64,000 nt of DNA. It comes from Lachnospiraceae bacterium. GTDB taxonomy: Bacteria; Bacillota; Clostridia; Lachnospirales; Lachnospiraceae. The position numbers and the translations under genes are program-made. Shown in pieces: positions 10,765-20,571 of the stretch. The notes beneath the pieces are model-generated. The model saw only the letters and a program-made list of their open reading frames with translations. It was not told the origin of the DNA and ran no database searches. The DNA lies in contig JAKSRR010000014.1 in the NCBI GenBank assembly GCA_024403455.1, positions 3,246-67,245 on the forward strand. Reading direction: 5' to 3'. How positions within the stretch are numbered: position 1 is the stretch's first letter; each line of letters starts with the position of its first letter.

Positions 10765-11724
10765 ATGGGCAAGAAAGATGCAAGCATGAAAGCACTTCTT
10801 TCAAAGAATGAAGTGTTTGCGGATGCATGTAATCAGTATTTCTTTCATGGAGAGAAAGTTGTAAAACCAGAATCTCTGAAGGAACTGGATCCTACAGAGA
10901 TAGTGCTTCCTTTTGGAAAAGAGGAAAAGGAAGCAGTTGCTAATCAAAAGTACCGGGATATATTAAAGCTTTGTACGATAAAGACAGATGCCAAATACAC
11001 GTATTGTATATTTGGTATAGAATCCCAGTCAAATGTTCATTATGCCATGCCGGTAAGGAATTTCTTGTATGATGCTATGCAACTAACGAAGCAGGTGTCG
11101 GAAATTGTTAGGAAGCATAAGGAGCAAAGAAAATCGAAGGTTAAGACAAAAGAAGAAATATCTTCTGATGAATACCTGAGTGGATTTTATAAGACGGACA
11201 AACTAATTCCTGTACTTACCCTCGTAGTCTATCTGGGCACGGATGCCTGGGATGGGCCTACAAGTCTCCGAGAAATGTATGCGGAGACGGACGAGGAAAT
11301 ACTTCCGTATCTGGCAGAGTATAAGATGAATTTATTAGACCTTACCCACTGTGAGGAGGAAGAGATTAGCCGGTTTTGCAACGATTTATTTCACATAACA
11401 ACCTTTGTGAAGCATGCGAATAATGTTAAAAGGCTTCATGAAAGTGTTGTGTCAAATGAAAGATTTTCACATGTATCCAGAGAAGCGATAGATGTGGTGC
11501 AGAATTTCACAAGATATCGCTTTAAGATGAAAGATGGAAAGGAGGATGAAGACGTGGTAGATGCAATTATAGAATATCGAGCAGAAGGAAAGGCAGAAGG
11601 AATACAATCTATATTACAAAAATTCCTCGATGCTGGTATGGATGAGAAAGAGATGCAGCGTATGCTCTCCGTCACACCAGAAGAATTTGATAAGATGTTA
11701 CATTGGGAGCCTGTAGAGGCATAG
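10765..11724 (+). CDS. Rpn-family nuclease, copy 2
   Basis: First 172 aa identical to copy 1, then diverges, near-identical terminal ~35 aa. Confidence 0.85.
   Translation: MGKKDASMKALLSKNEVFADACNQYFFHGEKVVKPESLKELDPTEIVLPFGKEEKEAVANQKYRDILKLCTIKTDAKYTYCIFGIESQSNVHYAMPVRNFLYDAMQLTKQVSEIVRKHKEQRKSKVKTKEEISSDEYLSGFYKTDKLIPVLTLVVYLGTDAWDGPTSLREMYAETDEEILPYLAEYKMNLLDLTHCEEEEISRFCNDLFHITTFVKHANNVKRLHESVVSNERFSHVSREAIDVVQNFTRYRFKMKDGKEDEDVVDAIIEYRAEGKAEGIQSILQKFLDAGMDEKEMQRMLSVTPEEFDKMLHWEPVEA
11554..11724 (+). CDS. Putative intragenic small protein (RpnS-like) of copy 2
   Basis: AAGGAGG followed by in-frame GTG at the same codon offset (789 nt) as the ATG in copy 1. Confidence 0.6.
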   Translation: MVDAIIEYRAEGKAEGIQSILQKFLDAGMDEKEMQRMLSVTPEEFDKMLHWEPVEA

Positions 11725-11750
11725 TAAGAATGTAAGAATCACCTAAGAAT

Positions 11751-11820
11751 AGAGATGCTGATTAAAGAGAGCAGAGGACTGCTCTCTTTTTTGTCTGTAA
11801 TTACTAATTTATAAATAAAA
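11751..11820 (+). repeat. Cassette-boundary element copy 3
   Basis: AGAGATGCTGATTAAAGAGAGCAGAGGACTGCTCTCTTTTTTGTCTGTAATTAC...AAATAAA. Confidence 0.85.
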
Positions 11821-11897
11821 AACATGCAGAATAAGAGCATAAAAAACTGGCATAATCTGTAATAAAAAACACTTCCTTATAGTTAAAAAAGAAACGA

Positions 11898-11922
11898 TTG
11901 ACTGCACGTGAGAGAGCAGATT
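11898..11922 (+). promoter_or_regulatory. Degenerate MerR-type promoter/operator
   Basis: TTGACTGCACGTGAGAGAGCAGA resembles the operators at 20131 and 38691. Confidence 0.4.
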
Positions 11923-12137
11923 CAAACAAAACATAGAAGAACTTATATAAATACGGCTGAAAGAGAATAAGGATAGCAGGGAGGAAGTGGTATTAAAGAG
12001 AAGTCAGATATAATATGATGCAATTAATATTTTGAGATTATGCTTAGCTATTTTACTGTTGTATAATAGTATAAAATAAGTGTTGTATTCGGTTTTTGAT
12101 AAATAGAATTCAATTAATAAAAAACAAATAAGTGTAG

Positions 12138-13976
12138 GTGGGAAAAATGAAAAAGAAAACTATAGGACTATTATTAGCGACGACGATGATATCAACTGTT
12201 GCAGGATATTTTTCAAGTATAAATTCAAATGCTATATCAGAAGACTATACTTATTCGTGTGTTGAAACGTTATATGATGATCAAGATGCAGAGGAAAATA
12301 CATTAACACCTGCACAGCGTAATGCAATTAATATGATGAATTATGTTATAGTCCTTACAAAGGAGATTAATTCTTCGGATAAAGGTAGAGTATATCTAGA
12401 ATCAGTCTATTCATCGTTACTTAATAATATATATCCCAATGCAGTTGATACAAATACACAGGCACAATTTGTTAGTATTTTGGATACTCTCGAAAAGTAT
12501 CGTATGATAGATGTAAAAAGAGAGCGATTGACATATATCTATGAACAAACAAGAGCACAAGCCATCAAACAAGCTATACCAAGTCCAGTCGCCCTTCTTA
12601 GTTTAACAAAATCTAAGAGTATTATTAAAGCGATAACATCCGTTGTTTATATGGCTGTTGATTCATATGCTAGCTATTCATCTGCTACTATGCAGGCAGA
12701 CCTTCAGTATCTAAAAGATGGTTGGAATCTTGACGACGAAGAGGCGGCCGCATTGCATGAAAGTAGAAAGGGGGCATTCACCTATACTCTAGATATGGTT
12801 AGAAATAGAAATCTTCCAGGAGAGTTGGCGTTAACAGAAGCAACGGTAGATGATTTCGTTGAATGGAAAAATAAAACTAATATAACAAGTAAGATTAGAT
12901 GGTTTGAATCTAAAAAGAATACCTATGAAGCATTTGGACCATATTGGCTTGAATTAGCATCGTGCTATTATGAAGATGGGAATTATGAACAGTGTTTATC
13001 TTCTATTGAAGAGTATGAAAAAGTGGCAACAAGAATATTTCGCAAAAATTTTGATTATGCAAAAATTATTCCAATGGCTATTTACTCGGCCAAAGAGGAG
13101 ATGAAGAAAGTTGATTATATTGATTATGCGTCAAAATATGTTCCAATTATGATAGCTAATTGTGCAGATGATGATTGGCTATTAAGATATTATGCGTCTC
13201 AAATATATATTGATTTATATGCAAACACAAAAGATAAATCATATTTAGAAAAGGCATATGATTTGGTATATGACAATGTGAATGCTCTTGTTGATGAACA
13301 GAGAAAGTTAAATGAGACATATAAGGCGGACATTCAGACTGTTGACACACCGAAGGGCGCGACAAAACAGGCAAAAAAAGAAATTAAAGAATACAATAAA
13401 TATCTTAAGGAGACTAGAAAGATAGAATTACCTCCGTTAAGTGAAGCTTTATATGTAAATTGCGATTTGTTATTCTCTTTAGCACAGGAATTAAAGATAA
13501 ATAATAAAGAAAAAAGTAATATAGATAATATTTTGCACGAGAATGGTGAGGTTCTTTTCTTGACAAAATCAATAGATGACTTGTTTTGGTTTAATAATCC
13601 AAATGAGACGTTAGATGTTGATTCTATTTCCATGTCTTTTGAAAAAAATGGCGAAATGGTGATTCCGGCCTATTTGATAACGGCAGAATTTGAACTTAGT
13701 GTTTCAATAATAGGAGCCTCTGGAACAACAATTTGTAATGATTGGGAGATAAAGAAAGTTGATCGACCAAAGAAATCGACTTATACACAGTTTGAAGTAG
13801 TGTTTAATAGTGCAACTGCAAAGAAGTACAAGTATCAGAATGGAGATATGATTATAATAACGATTACTCCTCTTAAGGACAATCCTAACGAAACTATAGA
13901 AATAAGATATAACGCTGTAGAACATAAAGGTTTTCTAGGTAGCAAGTCGATAGAACTTGAGAGAGAAACTAATTAA
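12138..13976 (+). CDS. Secreted hypothetical protein, mostly helical with TPR-like segment
   Basis: Signal peptide; PYWLELASCYYEDGNYEQCL is TPR-like; stop overlaps next ATG (TAATG). Confidence 0.7.
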   Translation: MGKMKKKTIGLLLATTMISTVAGYFSSINSNAISEDYTYSCVETLYDDQDAEENTLTPAQRNAINMMNYVIVLTKEINSSDKGRVYLESVYSSLLNNIYPNAVDTNTQAQFVSILDTLEKYRMIDVKRERLTYIYEQTRAQAIKQAIPSPVALLSLTKSKSIIKAITSVVYMAVDSYASYSSATMQADLQYLKDGWNLDDEEAAALHESRKGAFTYTLDMVRNRNLPGELALTEATVDDFVEWKNKTNITSKIRWFESKKNTYEAFGPYWLELASCYYEDGNYEQCLSSIEEYEKVATRIFRKNFDYAKIIPMAIYSAKEEMKKVDYIDYASKYVPIMIANCADDDWLLRYYASQIYIDLYANTKDKSYLEKAYDLVYDNVNALVDEQRKLNETYKADIQTVDTPKGATKQAKKEIKEYNKYLKETRKIELPPLSEALYVNCDLLFSLAQELKINNKEKSNIDNILHENGEVLFLTKSIDDLFWFNNPNETLDVDSISMSFEKNGEMVIPAYLITAEFELSVSIIGASGTTICNDWEIKKVDRPKKSTYTQFEVVFNSATAKKYKYQNGDMIIITITPLKDNPNETIEIRYNAVEHKGFLGSKSIELERETN

Positions 13977-15388
13977 TGAAAAGAATAATAGCCTTTTTAT
14001 TAACAATTGTATTAATTTTTGTACCATCATTACGTGCGAATTGTTGTGATGAAGAGCAGTCAGAGGATCGTATTGCACGAGTCCTATTTGGGAATAATGT
14101 CTCCAAATTTGAAGGAAGTAAAGGGTATGAGATGCTGTCAGCAGCAGTTTATATTTGTTGTGAACAGTATGATACGATTGGACAGGCAAAACTTGATTAT
14201 TTAAAGAGTCAAAAGGTTGGGAAAATACCATCCATAAAGAAAATCACCATTCCACAAGCAGCTTTATTTAGCTGTACTCATAATTATTGGGAATATTCAT
14301 CAGATAAATACAAGAAACAACAAGATAATAGGCACACACTATTAATCCGTACAGTAAATAAAGTATTTGATTTTGATAACAAAGGTTGGTTTGGGTCAAA
14401 AACAAATACTAGAGATGAAAGTTTTGCTCAGTTTCTTTATTATTTGCATATTCTGTCAGATTATTTGGCTGATAGTCCTAAAGAAACAGAGATTGGTTTT
14501 GATTTATACGATGTTCCAGCATACAATGGAAATTCATACATTGAACTTAATGGAAATAAACCTACAATAATTAATACAAAACCCACAGGTTATAGCAAGT
14601 TAGAAACAAATAATGGAAGAGCTGGAACTGCATTTGTTGAAGTCTCCAAAGATACTATAGATGCTGCAGGACCAAGACCCAGTTTGCCGGATCCTTATGG
14701 ATGGAATCAGCAACAGTATCCAGATTATATAAATACTGATAACGGTGTATTATATAACAGATGTCATTTGATTGCACATGCATTTGATGGAAATGATACA
14801 TTAAATAATTTAGTTATTGGTACTAGATATTTAAATGAGGGAATGGGAGAGTTTGAAAACAAGATAGAGAATTATATAAAAGATCATCCTGAAAATCATG
14901 TGTTATATAAGGTTACTCCAATATATGTAGGTGACAATTTAATTCCTTCGGGCGTTCAAATGGAGGCATACTCTGTTGAAGATAGGGGAGCTGGCGTGAG
15001 TTTTAATGTATATTGTTACAATGTACAGCCTGGAATATATATTAATTACTCGTGTGGTGATACTGCATTAAATGACACATTGTATTATGACAATAAAGTT
15101 ATACCTTTTGCAATACCTAATGCAAGTGATAAGAATCCTGATTTAATTTATGAACTAAAAACACAGATAACGGGATTTGTTACAAAAAAGGATAGCAATT
15201 ACTACTCACTAGTCAATGAGATGGATAGAATACATAATGAGGCTTTGCAAGTTGGTACAAATGGGGAGAAAGATGCAAAGGTGTATGAGGAGAAGATGGT
15301 GCTAATATACGAACTATATAATACTTTAGAACAGTATATACCGCTTATTTTAAAGAATGAGAATTTCTTTAAAAATGTATTTAAATAA
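13976..15388 (+). CDS. Secreted DNA/RNA non-specific endonuclease (EndA-like His-Me finger) with extra helical domains
   Basis: Signal peptide; YIELNGNKP, P.GW.Q, YNRCHLIA, NLVIGTRYLN, VLYKVTPIY.GDNLIPSGVQMEAYS, FNVYCYNVQPG. Confidence 0.88.
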   Translation: MKRIIAFLLTIVLIFVPSLRANCCDEEQSEDRIARVLFGNNVSKFEGSKGYEMLSAAVYICCEQYDTIGQAKLDYLKSQKVGKIPSIKKITIPQAALFSCTHNYWEYSSDKYKKQQDNRHTLLIRTVNKVFDFDNKGWFGSKTNTRDESFAQFLYYLHILSDYLADSPKETEIGFDLYDVPAYNGNSYIELNGNKPTIINTKPTGYSKLETNNGRAGTAFVEVSKDTIDAAGPRPSLPDPYGWNQQQYPDYINTDNGVLYNRCHLIAHAFDGNDTLNNLVIGTRYLNEGMGEFENKIENYIKDHPENHVLYKVTPIYVGDNLIPSGVQMEAYSVEDRGAGVSFNVYCYNVQPGIYINYSCGDTALNDTLYYDNKVIPFAIPNASDKNPDLIYELKTQITGFVTKKDSNYYSLVNEMDRIHNEALQVGTNGEKDAKVYEEKMVLIYELYNTLEQYIPLILKNENFFKNVFK

Positions 15389-15494
15389 ATTGAATCTTTA
15401 TAGTATGAAAATGAAAAGAAGTATATATATTGTTATGTAATATCTGTCTATCCTAAAGAGGTCGTGAAATTAGGTTTATTTGTATGAATAAGAT

Positions 15495-15514
15495 GGAGGG
15501 CTAATTAGCCCTCC
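15495..15514. promoter_or_regulatory. Perfect palindrome (hairpin or operator) upstream of 15534
   Basis: GGAGGGCTAA-TTAGCCCTCC. Confidence 0.45.
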
Positions 15515-15533
15515 TATTATTGTAGGGAGCACG

Positions 15534-16730
15534 ATGCAAACATACACTGTAGAATTACAAAATAAAATAAATACATTCTCGACAAGAGAAGCTGATTATA
15601 ATCAAGAGTTGATAGATGCAATGCAGCGCTTTCGTTCCTGCGATCAAGCTCTTGATGCATTTATTAAACTGCATGGATTCTCTGGAAACATTCATAGTAT
15701 ACAGGAGAAAGTCAGCTTCATTAAGAACAAGTTTAAAGAAAAGGGTGAGGATTCTCCGCGATTTGTTGAAGAATGGTATACAGAGCATAAGCCGTTTTTG
15801 AAGAAAACAGGGATGCAGATTTGTTTTGTATTTGATTTGTCAGAAGAAGAGACGAGAGACTTTTTTAGACGTATTTGTTTTGATAGGGCTTTTGATCTTC
15901 ATACGGTAGAAGATGTGGTGTATTTGTATGGCATTAGAAATCATTTAAAGTATAGAGAATGTGCGGATATTATTGGGCAGATTCCAAAGTTAGATAAGCA
16001 ACGAATTGTTGATATGGATACTGCGATTTATACAGAAGAAATTGAAGAAGAGATAAATGAAATATCTAGCATAGAAGAACTTAAAGAATACATTTCTTAC
16101 CATAAAGATATATTTTCTTATAACAATGTTACAGCCTATAGTAATATTCAAACCTTATGGAATCAAATTGCCGGAGAAAATGGTTTAGTTTATCAAGAAA
16201 AATATGAAAGCTATGATAGGGAAGAAATAGGAGATGTGCCGGTAATTGGGAGAAAAGTCAGAAAAAGAGATGATCATTCTACGCTATCCATTCTTTTCCA
16301 GATTCTTGGATTAAAAGGAGAATTATCCGCAAAGCTATATTCTGAGAGAGGCATCAAGAGAATACTTGGGGATAATAGTTTGGTTCATAAACTAGTTGCA
16401 GAAGATTTTCCTGATAGAAACAGTATTGAGAAAATTCTAAGAGGCGAACATGTATCTTATGGAAAAATAAGAAAAATACTAGTTCTATTATCATTCTATG
16501 TTTTTTGGGCTGGATCTGAAAAGGACAGAGGTGGAGACAAAAAGAATAGATGTAAAAATAGATTGGACATGATATTAATAGAATCTGGCTATGAACCACT
16601 TTATCTGGGAAATCCGTATGACTTTATGTTCTTATGTAGCATGGAAGAAGAGGAAGACTATATGGATCCATTGGAAAATATTCGTGGTTATATGAGAGAA
16701 CTTAACGACACCATAATATTACACATATAA
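15534..16730 (+). CDS. Hypothetical protein with two degenerate HTH-like modules
   Basis: Q.CF.F.LSEEET..FF...D...LYG and L..SGY.PLY..NPYD..F patterns of Clostridial HTH-like hypotheticals. Confidence 0.6.
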   Translation: MQTYTVELQNKINTFSTREADYNQELIDAMQRFRSCDQALDAFIKLHGFSGNIHSIQEKVSFIKNKFKEKGEDSPRFVEEWYTEHKPFLKKTGMQICFVFDLSEEETRDFFRRICFDRAFDLHTVEDVVYLYGIRNHLKYRECADIIGQIPKLDKQRIVDMDTAIYTEEIEEEINEISSIEELKEYISYHKDIFSYNNVTAYSNIQTLWNQIAGENGLVYQEKYESYDREEIGDVPVIGRKVRKRDDHSTLSILFQILGLKGELSAKLYSERGIKRILGDNSLVHKLVAEDFPDRNSIEKILRGEHVSYGKIRKILVLLSFYVFWAGSEKDRGGDKKNRCKNRLDMILIESGYEPLYLGNPYDFMFLCSMEEEEDYMDPLENIRGYMRELNDTIILHI

Positions 16731-16800
16731 ATGTATTCAAAAATCCAATAGATTTAGGTGCAGTCATAAGATGAGCTAAAAATATTGGGGATATTGGTAT

Positions 16801-19800
16801 ATGAGAAGAATTGCACTAAAAGAAAATTGCAAGATTAGTCTGGTATGTGGAGAGGAAGGAAAAAGGTCCTTTTTTATCACAAAAGAAGTAGGCAGGGGAG
16901 GCACCTGTCTAGTTTATGATGGATATTATCTGGATTATGCTGGTAACAAGGTGTCCGTTCGAATCAAGGAATGTTATCCATATAAATTACATTTCGAACG
17001 AAAAGAAAATGGAACTTTAATTATAAGAGAAAATGAGAAGGAAATCTTTGAAAAAAAGAAAAGAGACTTTCAAGATGCATATTCTTTGGCCTGTAGATTA
17101 AGAAGTGAAGAAGGCCTAACAAATTCGATTTCTTTTGGAATTAATCTATATGAGGGAAACGAAACATTATACATAATTACAGCATATGCACAAGGTGAAA
17201 CATTAGAGAATCGGAAACCAGCTTCTCTATACGATGCAGTTGTTTTAGTGGAGACAATAGCAACTTTATTGTATCGAATACATGGTAAGGGTTATGTTTT
17301 TTTGGATTTAAAGCCAGACAATGTATTTTGTTTTCCAGAGACAAAACAAATAGTTAACTTATTTGACTTTGATTCTGTTCTTCCAATAGGTCAAAAAGAT
17401 CTTTCAGCAATCTTCCATGAGAAACGTATTTCATATTCTCAAGGTTTTTCGCCAATAGAACAAAAGATGGGGGATGTATCTGCTATTGGAACATGTTCAG
17501 ATGTATATAGTATAGGAGCACTATTATTTTATTTATGTTTTGGGCACGCACCAGGAGTATTTGATTTAGATAAATATGGCGAAGAGAAAGATTTCATAAA
17601 ATGTTATGACTATGAAAAGATGAATTATAAGGGAGTGTATAAAGATAAGCTTTATCTACAGCTCTCAAAGTTTTTCGTAGGTACATTGCAATCCTATTAT
17701 AAAGATCGGATTTCTATGGACGAGCTACTTTTGTCTTTACGACAGATAAGAGAGTTTGCGGATCTTTCAAAACCATTTTTAGTTGGAAATCATTTTGGTA
17801 TTGATAATCATTTTCTTGGCCGAGAGAAGGAACTAAGTAAGCTTGCGGAGTGGGATGTATCAGGAGAGCAGGTACTTTTTGTTACGGGAATGGGAGGCAT
17901 AGGAAAGAGTACTCTTGTTAGACAATATATAGCAGAAAGCAGGATAACAAGAACATCAGTATTCATTTACTGTAATAAAAATCTAGTTGCATCTATTGTT
18001 GATGATCGGTCCTTTTATATAAATAATTGTTCACAAGCATCCGGAGAAAAAAAGGAAGAGTATTTCGAGAGAAAAATAAAGGTTCTAAAGGATATTGTAG
18101 CAGTAGATGATGTACTAATTGTGCTTGATAATTTTACTTTTGCAATAGATGATGACTTTTTAAAATTATTATCAACAGGATGTAGATTCATTATCATAAC
18201 CAGAGAAGATAAGACGGAAAGCGCATATCTGTCTATGGTTATAAAGCCATTTGAGAATTTGCAAGATAAACAAAAACTATTCATTGCAAAAGTAGGGTCT
18301 CTCGAAGAAATACCGAAGGAAACAGATGAGACGTTTGAAAACGCAATATTAACAACATATGCAAATATTATAGATAGAGCAGATATATGGAAGATGAATG
18401 ACATCATTGAAAGAGTTGATGGACATACACTTTCTATAGAGTTTATTGCAAAGCAAATTGCAAATAGTTATTTATCATTTGATGAAGCAATAGAGTTACT
18501 TACAAAAAATGGATTTTCCAATATGGCCACAGAAAAAGTGGCATATTTTAAAGATGGAAAAAGACATTATGATCATATATATGATTTAGTATCTGCATTA
18601 TACAGCGTGGATAATCTTAGTGATCATAAGAAACGTTTATTAAAAGTGCTTTCTTTATTTGATATGCCAGGATTTGGCGTAAGAGAACTGAAAGAGATTC
18701 TTGAATTGTATTCGCTTGATGATATTAATGAATTGAGGGAAGAAGGATGGGTCAAGATAGAGAATACAAAAGCATACCTTCATCCAATTATTTTAGAGAC
18801 TATACGTCGGATTCCTTGGGAAAAAGAAACAGTGCATTATGCGCTAATTTTAATCCAATATCTTTACAATGAGATTAAAAATAAAAAACAAGACATAAGG
18901 AATAGCGCACTTAGTCAAAAGAAGCATTATGAAAAGGTGTATCTTGCAAAATCTCTTGTGAACGCGGTAGGTAATATAGATATCTTTAAAAAACACCCAT
19001 TATATGCAGGACTACTATATGAAACATTAATGAATCTTCCTAGAAGTGAAGAAGATTATATTTATATGATGTTTAAAGAAATAATTCTGTTGGATGCATT
19101 TAAAGATGAACGGCAGAAGATAGACTTGTATGATTATGTTTCCTATCTGCTTTGTCAGAAAGAGGACAAGAAAAAGGCTTACGAGCTCATTAATGAAGCT
19201 ATTGCTTTTGCTAAGGGATGTAAAGATCCTTATGTACAGGGAAAAGTTTTTGAGATGAAGGGTGTATTTTATGATTGTAAATTGAATGGTGCCTATTGCC
19301 CAGAGTCAGAGGAGGAAAAGTTTTATTACGATAAAATGGTACTGAGTGGTAAAAGGGAAGCGGAAGCGTATAAAAAGTGTAGAGATGCTAAAGGAAGGAG
19401 TCTTTATGCAAAGACGCTTTTAGAAAATGCGGATTTCCTAATGCGAGGATATATAAACCTTTTGCCTGAACGAATGGGAGAGATAAGGAGAAATCTGCAG
19501 GAGGGTATAAGGACTATTACAAGCATTGAAAAAGAGGGAGAAGCAGATAAAATTCCTTACTTTGTATACTCGTGTCTTTATTTAACAAAAGCTTGGTTTT
19601 ATACGATTTGTGAACCCAATATGGAAAAATTAAATAAAGCAATCATTCAGTTTAGAATGTATGCAGTCTTAGAAGATAGGGAGTTGCTTGATCAGATTGA
19701 ATATGCTTATATCACAGCAGCTAATATGATGTTTGAAATGAGAGCATATGAAGAGGCAATAGATTATCTTGAGATGGCATACAAAGAGTGTGAGCCATAT

Positions 19801-19962
19801 AAAGGCGTTATAGCCTTCGAGCGTTATAGATATGAGATTTTGGACCATATCTTAGAAGTATACGAGGTGATGAAGAATGAATATGGCGTTGAAGAAACGA
19901 GGAAGCGAATCAAAAAGGATAATGAGGAACGAAGAAAGATAGGAATCGATTTAGCATTTTAG
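16801..19962 (+). CDS. Ser/Thr protein kinase fused to NB-ARC/STAND ATPase and C-terminal TPR-like region
   Basis: Kinase: GRGGTCLVY, RIKE, LDLKPDN, DFD, SDVYSIG. STAND: FLGREKEL, GMGGIGKST, LIVLDN, IITR, GHTL, LHP. Confidence 0.85.
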   Translation: MRRIALKENCKISLVCGEEGKRSFFITKEVGRGGTCLVYDGYYLDYAGNKVSVRIKECYPYKLHFERKENGTLIIRENEKEIFEKKKRDFQDAYSLACRLRSEEGLTNSISFGINLYEGNETLYIITAYAQGETLENRKPASLYDAVVLVETIATLLYRIHGKGYVFLDLKPDNVFCFPETKQIVNLFDFDSVLPIGQKDLSAIFHEKRISYSQGFSPIEQKMGDVSAIGTCSDVYSIGALLFYLCFGHAPGVFDLDKYGEEKDFIKCYDYEKMNYKGVYKDKLYLQLSKFFVGTLQSYYKDRISMDELLLSLRQIREFADLSKPFLVGNHFGIDNHFLGREKELSKLAEWDVSGEQVLFVTGMGGIGKSTLVRQYIAESRITRTSVFIYCNKNLVASIVDDRSFYINNCSQASGEKKEEYFERKIKVLKDIVAVDDVLIVLDNFTFAIDDDFLKLLSTGCRFIIITREDKTESAYLSMVIKPFENLQDKQKLFIAKVGSLEEIPKETDETFENAILTTYANIIDRADIWKMNDIIERVDGHTLSIEFIAKQIANSYLSFDEAIELLTKNGFSNMATEKVAYFKDGKRHYDHIYDLVSALYSVDNLSDHKKRLLKVLSLFDMPGFGVRELKEILELYSLDDINELREEGWVKIENTKAYLHPIILETIRRIPWEKETVHYALILIQYLYNEIKNKKQDIRNSALSQKKHYEKVYLAKSLVNAVGNIDIFKKHPLYAGLLYETLMNLPRSEEDYIYMMFKEIILLDAFKDERQKIDLYDYVSYLLCQKEDKKKAYELINEAIAFAKGCKDPYVQGKVFEMKGVFYDCKLNGAYCPESEEEKFYYDKMVLSGKREAEAYKKCRDAKGRSLYAKTLLENADFLMRGYINLLPERMGEIRRNLQEGIRTITSIEKEGEADKIPYFVYSCLYLTKAWFYTICEPNMEKLNKAIIQFRMYAVLEDRELLDQIEYAYITAANMMFEMRAYEEAIDYLEMAYKECEPYKGVIAFERYRYEILDHILEVYEVMKNEYGVEETRKRIKKDNEERRKIGIDLAF

Positions 19963-19966
19963 AGAA

Positions 19967-20037
19967 AGAGATGCTGATTAAAGAGAGCAGGAGACTGCTC
20001 TCTTTTTTTGTCTGCACTCACAAATCCAGAAAATAAA
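19967..20037 (+). repeat. Cassette-boundary element copy 4
   Basis: AGAGATGCTGATTAAAGAGAGCAGGAGACTGCTCTCTTTTTTTGTCTGCACTCACAAATCCAGAAAATAAA. Confidence 0.85.
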
Positions 20038-20130
20038 GAGGCCTATATAAAATGAAATCATCCAAATAAGAAGCGCAAATGTATGATTCGCGATAGTAAA
20101 TTTTCTGCGAAACAAAAATGAAATAGAGGC

Positions 20131-20161
20131 TTGACTGCACGCAATCGTGCAGTCGTACTCT
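20131..20161 (+). promoter_or_regulatory. MerR-type promoter with 19-bp spacer and palindromic operator
   Basis: TTGACT-N19-TACTCT containing GACTGCACG-CAAT-CGTGCAGTC. Confidence 0.85.
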
Positions 20162-20177
20162 AAATACGGAGGCTATT

Positions 20178-20516
20178 ATGCTAATCACTCTCAAGGAAAT
20201 GTGCGAACAACTAAATATTACAAGAAGAAGTATTCAGTGTTATGAAAAGGCAGGACTATTGCATCCAACCGACAGGAATAAATATGGTCATCTTCTTTAT
20301 GAGGAGAATTTGATGGAACGAGTAAAGAGAATTCGTTTTCTAAATGAGGTTGGATTCAGATTAAAGGATATTGAAACATTTATAGACCGACCTAACAAGA
20401 TTATTATCGAGAAATTGGCTCAAAGAGCGAGGGAGATGAGAGAAGAAACTGGAAAGATTAAAGAACAAATTTTGAATATCCAGATTTTGATTAGGAAATT
20501 AGAGGAGGAGGGGTAG
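20178..20516 (+). CDS. Short MerR-family transcriptional regulator
   Basis: TLKEMCEQLNITRRSIQCYEKAGLLHP..RNKYGH..Y, GFRLKDI, coiled coil. Confidence 0.9.
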   Translation: MLITLKEMCEQLNITRRSIQCYEKAGLLHPTDRNKYGHLLYEENLMERVKRIRFLNEVGFRLKDIETFIDRPNKIIIEKLAQRAREMREETGKIKEQILNIQILIRKLEEEG

Positions 20517-20571
20517 GAAAGGTAAACAATAAATTAAACACTAAAAATACTATTTGTGGAGGAAAAGAAAA

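Noticed and set aside
9553-11724. Insertion sequences or a DGR template/variable pair
   Set aside because: No terminal inverted repeats, target duplication or DDE motif. No reverse transcriptase, and the differences are not adenine-specific.
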